Positions 1 to 9,470 of a stretch of 64,000 nt of DNA are shown one piece after another; within the stretch, counting starts at the first letter, position 1; every line of letters starts with the position of its first letter. The DNA comes from a virus (Duplodnaviria; Caudoviricetes), in the IMG/VR virus record IMGVR_UViG_3300029288_000067, positions 96,001 through 160,000 of that record. One strand, given 5' to 3'. The translations under genes and the position numbers were made by a program. The notes under the pieces are model-generated. The model was not told the origin of the DNA. It saw only the letters and a list, made by a program, of their open reading frames with translations, and made no database searches.

Positions 1-50
1 TTCAATTTCTTTTTCCATATGTATCTCCTGTATTTTATTCCTACAAAGAG

Positions 51-79
51 ATATTACCACTACAAGGGTGAAACTTCAA
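51..79 (-). promoter_or_regulatory. sigma70-type early promoter, copy 1
   Basis: Minus strand reads TTGAAG-N17-TAATAT, matching the nine-copy consensus TTGAAGTTT-N12-GGTAATAT. Confidence 0.85.
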
Positions 80-578
80 GACAACCCCATAAAATATATG
101 CTTCAATATCCCGAATAATCGCCCGGTGTGTTTTTGACAACTTCCGATTTCTTTTCAAGAAATTCAACAACTCTACAGTATCTTTCTTGTATTCATCCGT
201 GGGATTGTCCATACAATTGGAGAGTCTATCTGAAAGTTTTATCACAAGGGCATACGAGGAAATTCCCACCATCTTTCTCTTCAGATATTCATTTTTCCCC
301 AAACGAGCAATCTCTTCCGGGCAGGAGGTTAATTCGGAAACAAGGCTTACAACATCTGCCCCGAATTTTGACAAGATCTCCGAATACTTTGTTTTTGTGT
401 CCTCGATTGTATCGTGAAGAATTGCTGCAGTGAGGAGGGTTTCAAGGTTTTTGGATCTCTTGTATTTTGCAATCAAATAACTGACCATCAAAGGATGTGT
501 GAAATATTCCTTCCCGGAAACTTTCCGACGTTGCCCCTTATGTTTTCTATCTGCAAACCGAATTGCCTCCAGTAACAT
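60..578 (-). CDS. RelA/SpoT-type HD-domain hydrolase (small alarmone hydrolase / Mesh1-like)
   Basis: Motifs AxxKHxGQxRK, YxxHP, AAILHDTIEDT, IKLSDRLSN. Confidence 0.85.
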   Translation of the reverse strand: MLLEAIRFADRKHKGQRRKVSGKEYFTHPLMVSYLIAKYKRSKNLETLLTAAILHDTIEDTKTKYSEILSKFGADVVSLVSELTSCPEEIARLGKNEYLKRKMVGISSYALVIKLSDRLSNCMDNPTDEYKKDTVELLNFLKRNRKLSKTHRAIIRDIEAYILWGCLEVSPL

Positions 579-587
579 ACTTGCCCC

Positions 588-773
588 CTATTCTACCACG
601 ATAATTTTTGGGTAATCACAATCCTTGTCCAGGTAAGAGCATTTCCCATTATTCCACTCCACGGTAACAAAACGATCTGCCACATCTACAATTTCCCCGG
701 GAGTTCCCATTGCACCCACCAACTTGCGCCCAACAACAATTTCTTCCTCCATTAGTTCCGCGTAAGTCTTCAT
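588..773 (-). CDS. hypothetical protein
   Basis: Start re-called to ATG 773 (MKTYAEL) after a GGGGG RBS; packs against neighbouring genes. Confidence 0.6.
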   Translation of the reverse strand: MKTYAELMEEEIVVGRKLVGAMGTPGEIVDVADRFVTVEWNNGKCSYLDKDCDYPKIIVVE

Positions 774-775
774 TT

Positions 776-1285
776 TTACAATTCCCCCTTTTGTTTGAAT
801 TCCTGCAAGATTTCTGGAAAAGATATCGGGGTGTATTTCCAACAATCAACCCCAACATCCATTGACCTCGGTTGATATTTCACGGATCCATGATGAGAAG
901 CCCCGTGTTGGTGACCGAAAAAATGAAGTGAGCCGTGATGAGAACGATCCCATGCAAGGTGAGGATAATGAGACATAAAGATTACATGCCCTGCTTCTCG
1001 AATCGTCATTACATCCCGGGGTTTACAAACCTCATACAGGCTTCTATCATGATTCCCCTTGATAAACACAATGTTTCCATTGAGCCTGCTCAGAAGCCGT
1101 TTTATTTCCGCTGCATCCCCGAAAGCGAAGTCCCCAAGGTGATACACAACATCCTGTGGGGTTACTACCTTATTCCAGTTGGAGATAATGGTTTCATTCA
1201 TTTCCCGAACATCCCGGAAGGGACGATTACAGTACTTGATGATGTTTGCATGTGAAAAGTGCGTGTCCGATGTGAAAAATAACAT
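776..1285 (-). CDS. calcineurin-like metallophosphoesterase
   Basis: Motifs SDTHF, HLGDF, GNHD, HYP, GHQH, DVGVD. Confidence 0.9.
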   Translation of the reverse strand: MLFFTSDTHFSHANIIKYCNRPFRDVREMNETIISNWNKVVTPQDVVYHLGDFAFGDAAEIKRLLSRLNGNIVFIKGNHDRSLYEVCKPRDVMTIREAGHVIFMSHYPHLAWDRSHHGSLHFFGHQHGASHHGSVKYQPRSMDVGVDCWKYTPISFPEILQEFKQKGEL

Positions 1286-1288
1286 TTT

Positions 1289-1798
1289 TTATTCCTTTAC
1301 TGCATATTCTGGGTCAGGATTCGGTATTTCCTTATACTGCCCACCATTAATACAAGAATACCAATCACGGAATTCTTGATACGTTGAAATTTGTTTATTC
1401 CCTGAATCTAATGTAACCACGAAGGGGAGTGTTTGAGAGCAAGGCACCCATTTTGGCCCCCACCCAAGATTTTGTCCATGGGATGTGGAGAAAAACCATT
1501 CGTCAGTATCCACATTTTGAAATATCGTAATCTCTTTCAATTGTAATTTTTCTCCGGGAGCCCATGCAAACAGATCTTCTTTTAATTCTTGCCGAAGTTT
1601 TTTCCGGAATCCCAAAACAGCGGATAAGTCCTCGTTCTCGTAAAAATCGTCCCTCAGCAGTTGTTCTAAGCCACCAAGAGAGCGCACAACCCGTGTATAA
1701 TTTTTGAGGATTTGATCTTTTCTGAATTTGTTTAAATCGTGCTTAAAGGACTCAAAAGCAATTTCCAAGGATTTTCGACAAGTTTTAACAACATTCAT
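1289..1798 (-). CDS. hypothetical protein
   Basis: 169-aa ORF in operon packing. Confidence 0.7.
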   Translation of the reverse strand: MNVVKTCRKSLEIAFESFKHDLNKFRKDQILKNYTRVVRSLGGLEQLLRDDFYENEDLSAVLGFRKKLRQELKEDLFAWAPGEKLQLKEITIFQNVDTDEWFFSTSHGQNLGWGPKWVPCSQTLPFVVTLDSGNKQISTYQEFRDWYSCINGGQYKEIPNPDPEYAVKE

Positions 1799-1807
1799 AG
1801 TTATCCC

Positions 1808-2212
1808 CTATGATATTTTGAGATATGTACCACAGAAGGGGCAATGGGTGATACTTTCCCCAAGAATTTTGTAATCTTTCCGAATATAGATCTTATTCTT
1901 TTCGCAGAAGAGGTTCATCTTCCCACAACAATGCACTCCCCGAGCACGTCGAGCAAACACCCGTTGTTTTACATTTTCACGGATTCTTGTTTGAATTCTC
2001 GAAACTACATCACTTCCCTTTTCCTCCCCCAAAGATTCCAAAGGTTTTCCAGAAGAGTATTCTTTTTCCATCTGTGTTTTACACCCACTGCACAAGAAAG
2101 TTTTATAGTAATCTCTCTCGGTTCTGTGCCCATCGAAATAAGAATCCGTCAAAATTTCAACAGATTGTGGATTACTTTTACTGCACACAGCACAATAATT
2201 TTTTTCTTTCAT
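1808..2212 (-). CDS. hypothetical Cys-rich (zinc-binding) protein
   Basis: CxxC pairs (CAVC, CSGC, CPFC); first gene after promoter copy 2. Confidence 0.7.
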   Translation of the reverse strand: MKEKNYCAVCSKSNPQSVEILTDSYFDGHRTERDYYKTFLCSGCKTQMEKEYSSGKPLESLGEEKGSDVVSRIQTRIRENVKQRVFARRARGVHCCGKMNLFCEKNKIYIRKDYKILGESITHCPFCGTYLKIS

Positions 2213-2230
2213 TGTATTTCCCTTTTCAAT

Positions 2231-2259
2231 ATATTACCGGATAGGCAACAAAACTTCAA
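2231..2259 (-). promoter_or_regulatory. sigma70-type early promoter, copy 2
   Basis: TTGAAG ttttgttgcctatccgg TAATAT; the -35 box contains the TGA stop of the upstream gene. Confidence 0.85.
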
Positions 2260-2684
2260 AACCGTGTTACAGGCTCATAACCTCCCGGGCACTTAACAAA
2301 CAATTTACCACCCTTAGATTTTAAAGTCCCCACGAGGGCTTTATCGTCAATTGGTTTGGTTTTGAGGTCCGGTTCATCTAACCAATCATCTATGTCCAGA
2401 ACTTTTTCTTCCGGGGGAGTTTCGATAAGATCCACAAGAGGGGGAGTTTCTTTCACAACTCCACCCCTCTTTTCCAAATACACGAGAGTAAATGAAATAA
2501 TGCATGGGATAATATCAAAAAATAATGCCACCGGCCAAAGGAATACAATAGCCGATGCAAAGGATTCATGGGCTTTTCTATTCTTTCCAACAGTTTCAAA
2601 CTCACTGTGATAAATCCACCGATAGACCCCGGAACAGATGGCACCAATGAAAAGGTAACATACAAGGGAAGTCAAATAACTCAT
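2256..2684 (-). CDS. hypothetical membrane protein
   Basis: Two hydrophobic segments (LVCYLFIGAIC; AIVFLWPVALFF). Confidence 0.7.
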   Translation of the reverse strand: MSYLTSLVCYLFIGAICSGVYRWIYHSEFETVGKNRKAHESFASAIVFLWPVALFFDIIPCIISFTLVYLEKRGGVVKETPPLVDLIETPPEEKVLDIDDWLDEPDLKTKPIDDKALVGTLKSKGGKLFVKCPGGYEPVTRF

Positions 2685-3088
2685 ACATCCTCCTCGTCAA
2701 AGATTTCTTCCTTAAGCAGTCGGATTTTATCAAGCTCCCGATCAAGAACACGGGTCACCCTGCTTACAAATCTAAATTTTCGAGTATTGAGATATTCTTT
2801 TGCCCGCTTATTAATAAGCATATCCAGTTGTTTTTCCCACTCCTCGCAAACCTCCTTGATGGGAAGCTCAAAACCCTCAATAGACAATTTCACCTCGAAT
2901 CCATTTGCACTCTTCGGTAATTCGGAGAGGATTTTTGAAAGTCCTAGACCTTTAAATTTTGTTTTGGTAATAGCTGTGAGAAACAGGTGCTCGAACCAAT
3001 TTCCACGCTCTTTTAGAAAGTTGAGATATTGTTTCGGCATTTCCTCATTGTGCTTTTCTTTGTCGGACATTTTGATATCTTTTGACAT
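2681..3088 (-). CDS. hypothetical protein
   Basis: ORF overlapping the downstream gene by 4 nt. Confidence 0.7.
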   Translation of the reverse strand: MSKDIKMSDKEKHNEEMPKQYLNFLKERGNWFEHLFLTAITKTKFKGLGLSKILSELPKSANGFEVKLSIEGFELPIKEVCEEWEKQLDMLINKRAKEYLNTRKFRFVSRVTRVLDRELDKIRLLKEEIFDEEDV

Positions 3089-3091
3089 GTT

Positions 3092-3562
3092 TCATTCCTT
3101 TTTTATGCATTTACTTAATGAATAACGGGTATTTCCGATACAAGTATTCATTTTTCGAGATATCTTAGACAAACGATTTGCAACAGACTCAAGCCCTACT
3201 TCTCGCATCGATTCAATCACTTTTTCAAATTCCTCAATAGTCCCACCGAACTCTTCCAGATTATGAATCACAGAGTACCAATCGTAAGAGGTCTTTTCTT
3301 CCTCGGGGGATTTCAGCTCTTTTCCCGAATTCTCTTGAAAGTAAACACAGGAAGTAGGCCCCTCCATGTGTTTTAAAAGACAAGTCTTACGAAAATAACA
3401 TTCCCCACACTCTTCATGAGAATTTTTCCCGGGACTTTCTGCAATATGCTTATAAAAGTTGCCGAAAACGCTCTCAACCTTCTTTGTTTTAGAGCATTCA
3501 CAACATACCGTAAACGGTGTTCGAATATCATCCACTTTTCCACAGAGAATACATTGTGACAT
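3092..3562 (-). CDS. hypothetical Cys-rich protein
   Basis: Several CxxC motifs; operon packing. Confidence 0.7.
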   Translation of the reverse strand: MSQCILCGKVDDIRTPFTVCCECSKTKKVESVFGNFYKHIAESPGKNSHEECGECYFRKTCLLKHMEGPTSCVYFQENSGKELKSPEEEKTSYDWYSVIHNLEEFGGTIEEFEKVIESMREVGLESVANRLSKISRKMNTCIGNTRYSLSKCIKKE

Positions 3563-3565
3563 ACT

Positions 3566-3829
3566 TTACCCCTTTTTCTTCTTTTTATCACACACCCGAA
3601 GTGCCGTGGACAATACTTTACCAAGACCTTCCTGTGCTTCTTTCAATTGCTGATTCAAAGTTTGGGAGTCCTCTTGCTGAACAATATTTACATCCTGCCT
3701 CAAAGCTTCTGCCATTTCATAAAAAGCTCTCCACAGCTTTTCATTTCCAAGGTGCTGAAAACTACCTGCATACATCATCAATTTGTTGGAAATCTCTTCA
3801 ATATCTTCCAGAGCGTCTTTTTTACTCAT
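3566..3829 (-). CDS. hypothetical protein
   Basis: Start re-called to ATG 3829 (GGAGG RBS) downstream of promoter copy 3. Confidence 0.7.
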   Translation of the reverse strand: MSKKDALEDIEEISNKLMMYAGSFQHLGNEKLWRAFYEMAEALRQDVNIVQQEDSQTLNQQLKEAQEGLGKVLSTALRVCDKKKKKG

Positions 3830-3848
3830 ATTTGTTTCCTCCACAGGT

Positions 3849-3877
3849 ATATTACCGGATGCCTTCGGAAACTTCAA
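3849..3877 (-). promoter_or_regulatory. sigma70-type early promoter, copy 3
   Basis: TTGAAG-N17-TAATAT; the -10 box contains the TAA stop of the upstream gene. Confidence 0.85.
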
Positions 3878-4337
3878 AAATTTCTTCTATTCTTTTTGCC
3901 CAATGTTTACTGAAGATTTCACTACCCCAAGGATATTTATCCCCCGGGCAATCTTTATTGTCTGTGATATCGGAGATTCCAGAAATGGTTGAAAAATCAT
4001 CCCCCAGCACATTTAACTCTGCAATTTTCAACAATTTACTCACCCTTTTTCGCTCTTTCCTATCCAAGGTATGAAGCAATATTGGGCATATTGGTTTTAC
4101 CAACAAGAGAAAATTAACAAAAGGACAGACACAGGTTTTTCCCTTTCTCCCACAATGATTTTCAAATTCTTCCATCCCATGAGTCATGGATATCAGCCCA
4201 ATGTCTTTTATTGTCAAAAGAAGAAGTATTGCCTCATAGGTATTCCATGCAACATACAGGGTGATATCCTTTGATAAATACTTTTGGAGAGTATTTAAAC
4301 GGAATGGATTACTTTCAACGATAAGAATTTTTTTCAT
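3852..4337 (-). CDS. divergent receiver-fold protein (possibly a degenerate cyclic-phosphate-processing receiver)
   Basis: KILIVES start, AxNxxEAIxLL, LISMTH and ILLHT resemble the receiver pattern, but the key Asp residues are substituted. Confidence 0.45.
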   Translation of the reverse strand: MKKILIVESNPFRLNTLQKYLSKDITLYVAWNTYEAILLLLTIKDIGLISMTHGMEEFENHCGRKGKTCVCPFVNFLLLVKPICPILLHTLDRKERKRVSKLLKIAELNVLGDDFSTISGISDITDNKDCPGDKYPWGSEIFSKHWAKRIEEIFEVSEGIR

Positions 4338-4909
4338 ACATCGAACCCAATCTGTTTTTTCAGATACTTTTTTGCATCAATCCATTTTCCCGTTGATATA
4401 TCCAAAACTTCACCCACAAGAGACATAAACAAAGGATTATGAATAGACACAATGAATTGATACCCCTTGAGTGACAGATCTTGGTATGTTCCTACAAGCT
4501 TCACAATGGATTTAGGAGATAATGCAGTATCTGGTTCGTCCACCAGTATCAAAGCGGGGGTTTTTTTCGGCAAATGGGAGAGTACAATATTATTAACCTC
4601 CCCATGAGACATCCACATCATTTGTATTCCGGCCAAATATGCCTCAGATGTTCCATTTGGATTTGGCCCCCGCAATCGAGGATTATGTTTCTCTGTATCG
4701 AAATATGCAGTGGACATCTTTTCGGAAGTTTTTATTTTCAAAAATTCCTTACGGTCTTCTTTTTTACAGGGCTCCCCCAATAATTGTAACAAAGAAGATT
4801 TGCCCGTGCCTTGATCCCCAACAAGAACATTTATTCCCTTCCGAAAAGAAAGAGAGAAGCCTTCTTTGAAACAACGGTAATCTTTAAGGAATGTTGCAGA
4901 TTCTAACAT
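4334..4909 (-). CDS. ABC/AAA-type ATPase
   Basis: Walker A GDQGTGKS, signature-like SHGE, Walker B ILVDEPD, H-loop SIHN. Confidence 0.85.
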   Translation of the reverse strand: MLESATFLKDYRCFKEGFSLSFRKGINVLVGDQGTGKSSLLQLLGEPCKKEDRKEFLKIKTSEKMSTAYFDTEKHNPRLRGPNPNGTSEAYLAGIQMMWMSHGEVNNIVLSHLPKKTPALILVDEPDTALSPKSIVKLVGTYQDLSLKGYQFIVSIHNPLFMSLVGEVLDISTGKWIDAKKYLKKQIGFDV

Positions 4910-5097
4910 AGGCCGGAAACCTCCACCTTAACAAGACGGTCTCCACGGGCATATGCTTCTTTCCAAGAGTAGAATCCAAAAGAATCAAGATGAATCTGGA
5001 TTGCCACTCTTTTTGTTTCCGCATTGGAAGCAGAATAAAGGAAGGTGTTACCCTCCGCATTAATGCCCGTCACAACCCATATTATCATTTTCTTCAT
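4903..5097 (-). CDS. hypothetical protein
   Basis: 64-aa ORF filling the gap in the operon. Confidence 0.55.
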   Translation of the reverse strand: MKKMIIWVVTGINAEGNTFLYSASNAETKRVAIQIHLDSFGFYSWKEAYARGDRLVKVEVSGLC

Positions 5098-5105
5098 ATA
5101 TCACT

Positions 5106-5738
5106 CTACTTTTTTAAAGAATTCACTTTTGTATTATCCCACCGTTGCCGCCAATTTTCGGTATCGGCCCCTACATGCCCAATCCGCACATATTTTGCGA
5201 TATTCTCCGAGAAGGAATTGAAATGAAATCCCTCTTCTGTCCGGATTACATACCCTTCACTCCCAGGACGATAAGAAGCCTTTATTTTCTCTTCATCGTA
5301 GACGCCCCGATACAAAACGGGGACAACCTTTAAACCCCATTCCTTGCAAAATAGTTCCATTTCATCCCAGGAGAGACATTCATTCTTTTCAGTCCAAATA
5401 GAGAACACCTCGAAAAAAGTATCGAGATCCGAATATTCAATTGCATGGGTTGCATAGAGATTTTCCCCACAAACCCGCCATCCCCCGGGGAGTTGGTAAA
5501 ACCACTTTGCAAAATTACCTTTCAACCATCCTTGGGAAGGATGTACATTTCCATCCAAAGACCGGGCATGGAAATACCCCGAGGAGTAAATTGTGGAATT
5601 CTCTCCGTCTCTTTTTTCAGTTACGACCACATTCTTCCCAACAAAATGCTCCATACTGTGGAGAATCTTATCATCCCCATCTTTTTCCCGGCTCCAGGGG
5701 ACATGAAAAGTCCTGGGGTATTTGTAGAGGTCTGTCAT
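5106..5738 (-). CDS. ATP-dependent RNA ligase family protein
   Basis: KYPRTFHVPWS, motif I TEKRDGEN, GENLYA, FxVF, EGYVIR, KYVR; start re-called to ATG 5738. Confidence 0.85.
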   Translation of the reverse strand: MTDLYKYPRTFHVPWSREKDGDDKILHSMEHFVGKNVVVTEKRDGENSTIYSSGYFHARSLDGNVHPSQGWLKGNFAKWFYQLPGGWRVCGENLYATHAIEYSDLDTFFEVFSIWTEKNECLSWDEMELFCKEWGLKVVPVLYRGVYDEEKIKASYRPGSEGYVIRTEEGFHFNSFSENIAKYVRIGHVGADTENWRQRWDNTKVNSLKK

Positions 5739-5739
5739 T

Positions 5740-5940
5740 TTATTTCTCGAATTCCGGGGTAACCCGATACTGCCCACAAGCACACTGTTCGGGGCTGTGA
5801 ATTCCTTGGGGGTCCTTCGAGCAACCTGCAGGACTATCCTGCACTTTTACGCTTTTCTCTACATGATTGTATTCACGATCCCCAAACCACTTGGCACAAA
5901 CACCACAACGCTTGATATCCGCAGAATGATAAGTAGGCAT
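5740..5940 (-). CDS. small Cys-rich hypothetical protein
   Basis: AAGGAG RBS; first gene after promoter copy 4. Confidence 0.6.
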   Translation of the reverse strand: MPTYHSADIKRCGVCAKWFGDREYNHVEKSVKVQDSPAGCSKDPQGIHSPEQCACGQYRVTPEFEK

Positions 5941-5973
5941 ATTTTTGTATCTCCTTTTGTATTCTTCTTCTAT

Positions 5974-6002
5974 ATATTACCGCGAGAGCAACAAAACTTC
6001 AA
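5974..6002 (-). promoter_or_regulatory. sigma70-type early promoter, copy 4
   Basis: TTGAAG-N17-TAATAT. Confidence 0.85.
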
Positions 6003-6006
6003 GGCA

Positions 6007-6264
6007 CTACCATAAATCCTCCGAGGTAAGAATACTCCCGATAAGATTTTTTGAGAGTTGCCCATTTTTCTTTGCCAAAACAAAGGCTTGCCGTCGAGAA
6101 AGAAACTTTCCCGATTCAGTTACAAATCCCTGCTTACCTTTTATTGGGGGAGGAAGGAGGAAGTCTTTCACCATCATATATATTACATTGGGGTGTCTCC
6201 CCGGCCTAAGACAATAGAAAATTATCCCATCTTGTTTTATTGCAGATCCAATTATTTTTTCCAT
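6007..6264 (-). CDS. conserved-looking phage hypothetical protein
   Basis: RH, QGFVTxxGxFxxRxxA and SEDLW motifs typical of a small phage family. Confidence 0.7.
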   Translation of the reverse strand: MEKIIGSAIKQDGIIFYCLRPGRHPNVIYMMVKDFLLPPPIKGKQGFVTESGKFLSRRQAFVLAKKNGQLSKNLIGSILTSEDLW

Positions 6265-6446
6265 ACGAAAACCATATTACCACAATCTTGCAATTTTTTG
6301 TATCCATTGCGTTGCATATTTTCTTTTTCCGAAAGATTAGGGTCAAAGTCAATGAGCTTTTTTGCCAGCTTGTGTTTTTGAAATTGTAGGCGAGAATGTA
6401 CTTGCCCGTCTTTCAAATACCAATAATTGGGTCTAGCAAAATTCAC
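6252..6446 (-). pseudogene. C-terminal relic of a Hef-like/HNH homing endonuclease
   Basis: PNYWYxKxG..R..FQKHKL..FDPxLSExENM..NGY.K..DCGN.VFVW aligns by eye with the C-terminus of 27584-29347. Confidence 0.75.
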
Positions 6447-6478
6447 AAGTCCTTGGGTCTAGCAAAATTCACAAGTCC
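6427..6478. repeat. perfect 26-bp tandem duplication
   Basis: ttgggtctagcaaaattcacaagtcc at 6427-6452 and 6453-6478. Confidence 0.95.
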
Positions 6479-7010
6479 ATTGTTTTTGATCAAATTTATG
6501 CAGGGTTAGAAATAGATCCTGTAGTTTTTCTTTATAAATCAATGGGATTTTGATCCCCCTTTTTCCAATACGGCATAAAACATCTGCAATGAGGCTATTT
6601 TCAAATTTACCCCAAAACGATAGAATAAAATCGACATCTGATGGCTCTGCGTAACTACCGAAAAGCAATAAGCCCTGTTTCATTGCTTCGTTGTTTTTTA
6701 AGAAATAAAGTCTGTTTCTCAAAAATTCTTTCAAGGATTTTTCGTTATCCCCATGTGCTCCAACCAATCGTAAATTATTTAGACATCCAAGTAAGAAATC
6801 GTCTTCAGATGGATTGGTTACAATATGGCGCATAATAGCGTCTTCAACTTTGTTATTTAATCCGCGACAAATGCCTATTTCTAATGCCGCCCACTTTTCT
6901 CGATCTGAAAAATGAAGGTTTTGCAAATCTATCAAAATAGCAGTAAGTTCATTTTCTGGGCAGGTATTGAAACGCTCTATGGTTTTTTCTAAGATTTCAC
7001 AGTTATCCAT
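6459..7010 (-). CDS. hypothetical alpha-helical protein
   Basis: Start re-called to ATG 7010 with GAGGAG RBS. Confidence 0.65.
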   Translation of the reverse strand: MDNCEILEKTIERFNTCPENELTAILIDLQNLHFSDREKWAALEIGICRGLNNKVEDAIMRHIVTNPSEDDFLLGCLNNLRLVGAHGDNEKSLKEFLRNRLYFLKNNEAMKQGLLLFGSYAEPSDVDFILSFWGKFENSLIADVLCRIGKRGIKIPLIYKEKLQDLFLTLHKFDQKQWTCEFC

Positions 7011-7048
7011 TAAAAAACTCCTCTGGTATAAGAGCATACCAGAGGAGT
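7011..7048 (-). terminator. intrinsic terminator after the tail sheath gene
   Basis: 13-bp stem actcctctggtat/ataccagaggagt followed by a T-run on the minus strand; it also sequesters the RBS of the next gene. Confidence 0.7.
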
Positions 7049-7080
7049 TATCCTTACGTCAACAGGAACTATCTCAAACC

Positions 7081-9279
7081 TTATACTGATCCAACTACTG
7101 CCTCTTGAGCGTCTGTGAATGATGCACCTGTGCGGGTAATCACAACTCGGAAATTTACATACTCCACGTCTTGGGTGGGCTTAATATACAAATCCACATT
7201 CATTCGATATTGATCAATGTCTGTCGCGGAATTGTTAGAGTCATTGCAAACCACTAAGAAATCGTATACCCCTCTTCGGGCCTTAATGTCATTCATATAG
7301 TCAATTAGCAGGTCTTCTACTTGACTACGTGTTGCTTCATCATTAAGCTCGAACAAGAAATCTTCGAGGGTTTTTGCAATAGCTGGTTCAATAACACAGA
7401 GCAACAAGCGAACATGCAAACGAGAAAGGGTAGAAGGTCTTCCGAGAAGAGTTTTGTTACCCCAAATCAAGATACCACGTCCAGGAGCGAAACGAAGTGG
7501 ATTGATACCACCACCACCGGAAACAGCACCATCATAGAGGTAATCCATTTCACCCTTGCTGAAACGTCTGCGAAGATCGAGAACATTCACTTGCCCACGT
7601 CGGAAACCTGCGGGCGGGAACCACATTTCAAAGTTCAATGCGGAGTAGCTGATTGCGGCACCGGCATACCCTTCTGGGGAAACGAACAAGTTTCTGTCAT
7701 TGAACTTATCGTAGATCTTTACGTGTGGCGTGTACAATGCACTGAAAGAGCTTGACAGATTCAGAACATTCATCCAATAGTCTGTGATTTCGTTCAAATA
7801 GTTTTCAGAAGCTTCTCTTTCGTAAGGAACAGACAACAAACAGACGCAATCATGTCTCTTTTGTGCGATTGCATCAATATGTTTCTGATACGCAGGAGTT
7901 GCCCAACCACCATCCATGAAGCAGGTTACAGGATAGGTGTCTGCATTTTCGAACTTATCCGCCGCCAACATCATTTTTCCATCGGTTACCGGGTCCCCAT
8001 CATTTCCACCGTTGTGATACAAAGGAGTAACTTGTGGAAGAGGATTTCCAAGGGTAAGAGGGTTCACCATTGCGCGAATAAGGTTTGAGCCTTCCAATAC
8101 ATCTTCGATGTAGAGGTTTTGTCCAAAACCATCTTTTGAACCGATTTCCAAAGAAACCGGCCAACTTTCCACGGGGATATTCAGGTTGGAGCGGTGGAAC
8201 ACTTCAATCAAGAATGAGTTAACTTCAGAAACAACCTTCATAGGAATGATCTGTGCCGTTCCTTGTCCAACAGAAGAAAGAACAAGAGTTACACCGGCAA
8301 GAGCATTATCAAGAGAATTTGCCAACTTGAAGGATGTTGCAGTATCTCTTACAGTGTAATAGGTGGAAGTTAAATCTAATCCTGTGGGCAATACATCTCC
8401 CGTTGCAGAAGAAAGCATTGTGAATCGGATAGGTTCTCCGGAAACAAATTCTTGTGCAGAGAGGATTTTTGTAGAGGCATCTGTCCCACCAGAAAGAGTT
8501 GCGGTGTTTGTTCCAGCAGACAAATCCCAAGCTGTGGCCCCGGAAGCAACCGTAACGGTCAAGATATCTGCAACAAGTGTGAGGAGGGCAGTTCTGATTT
8601 GATTCTGTGTTGAAACAGTATCTTCGATGGTTACTGTAATAACATTCCCGACTTTTACAGCCGTTTCAGCCCCTGCAGTTCCACCATCTACGATATTGAT
8701 TACAATACCATTCTTGGTAGAGCCCGCAACAGCATTTACAGTAATTTTTGCATCAATGACAGCCGTTGCAGAAGTTGCAACAGCATTTACGATGTTTGTT
8801 GAATTCAGAGTTAAAGATTCACGATCTCTCTTCAACCAGATTTTCAAACAAATATCATCGGACCAATCACCGGGATCAGCTTGATAGATAGTGAATCTAT
8901 CGTTTGTGTCAAAGGTGTAGGCAGTAGGATCAGTTTCCCCGGCCACCCAAGCAATGTTGGTGGTTTGGTTCAACTTGCGAATTGCAAGTCCACCGTACTT
9001 GTAATTGTCCCCAATAACACGCTGTACCCACATTTTGTCGGATTTCTGCATAAATGCCAAACCGGAGAAAAATCCGAGAGAATCTCCAACTTCCACTTTT
9101 CCCAATGGGGTGAAAGTTTGCAAGAATTGTGTTTCAGAGGTTGTCAAACGAGGTTGATCGATAGGGCCTTTGCTACATGGAAGAAGCAAACAACCATAAA
9201 CCCCTGGGAAACCCGGGACACGAGTAGAAAGATCAATTTCTTGAATATTTACAGCAGCAGATCCACCTGAAAGTGTCAT
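7081..9279 (-). CDS. contractile tail sheath protein (T4 gp18-like)
   Basis: N-terminal V.I.EIDLS and KGP; C-terminal WFPPAGFRRG, INPLRF, WGNKT, RLHVRLL, FELND, YIKP. Confidence 0.95.
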   Translation of the reverse strand: MTLSGGSAAVNIQEIDLSTRVPGFPGVYGCLLLPCSKGPIDQPRLTTSETQFLQTFTPLGKVEVGDSLGFFSGLAFMQKSDKMWVQRVIGDNYKYGGLAIRKLNQTTNIAWVAGETDPTAYTFDTNDRFTIYQADPGDWSDDICLKIWLKRDRESLTLNSTNIVNAVATSATAVIDAKITVNAVAGSTKNGIVINIVDGGTAGAETAVKVGNVITVTIEDTVSTQNQIRTALLTLVADILTVTVASGATAWDLSAGTNTATLSGGTDASTKILSAQEFVSGEPIRFTMLSSATGDVLPTGLDLTSTYYTVRDTATSFKLANSLDNALAGVTLVLSSVGQGTAQIIPMKVVSEVNSFLIEVFHRSNLNIPVESWPVSLEIGSKDGFGQNLYIEDVLEGSNLIRAMVNPLTLGNPLPQVTPLYHNGGNDGDPVTDGKMMLAADKFENADTYPVTCFMDGGWATPAYQKHIDAIAQKRHDCVCLLSVPYEREASENYLNEITDYWMNVLNLSSSFSALYTPHVKIYDKFNDRNLFVSPEGYAGAAISYSALNFEMWFPPAGFRRGQVNVLDLRRRFSKGEMDYLYDGAVSGGGGINPLRFAPGRGILIWGNKTLLGRPSTLSRLHVRLLLCVIEPAIAKTLEDFLFELNDEATRSQVEDLLIDYMNDIKARRGVYDFLVVCNDSNNSATDIDQYRMNVDLYIKPTQDVEYVNFRVVITRTGASFTDAQEAVVGSV

Positions 9280-9291
9280 ATCCTAGCCCCC

Positions 9292-9456
9292 TTATTTCTC
9301 GTACGCGACGAAAGAAACACCCTTGGGAAGAGCACCGATTTTCTCTTTTTCGACATTTTTTACAACCTGTCGAGGAGAAAGAACAAGTGCTTCACCAAGG
9401 TAAGAAATGGTTACAGGGTGGTTTAGGACATTGATGAGACTACCCACTTTAGCCAT
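9292..9456 (-). CDS. small (54 aa) hypothetical protein upstream of the sheath, absent from the ORF track
   Basis: MAKVGSLINVLNHPVTISYLGEALVLSPRQ...AYEK*, with GGAGG RBS. Confidence 0.7.
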   Translation of the reverse strand: MAKVGSLINVLNHPVTISYLGEALVLSPRQVVKNVEKEKIGALPKGVSFVAYEK

Positions 9457-9470
9457 ACAAACCCTCCGGG

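Noticed and set aside
6447-6461. Genome-wide stop-codon reassignment suggested by the in-frame TAG
   Set aside because: Long conserved genes are intact under the standard code, and TAG, TGA and TAA all occur as normal gene ends
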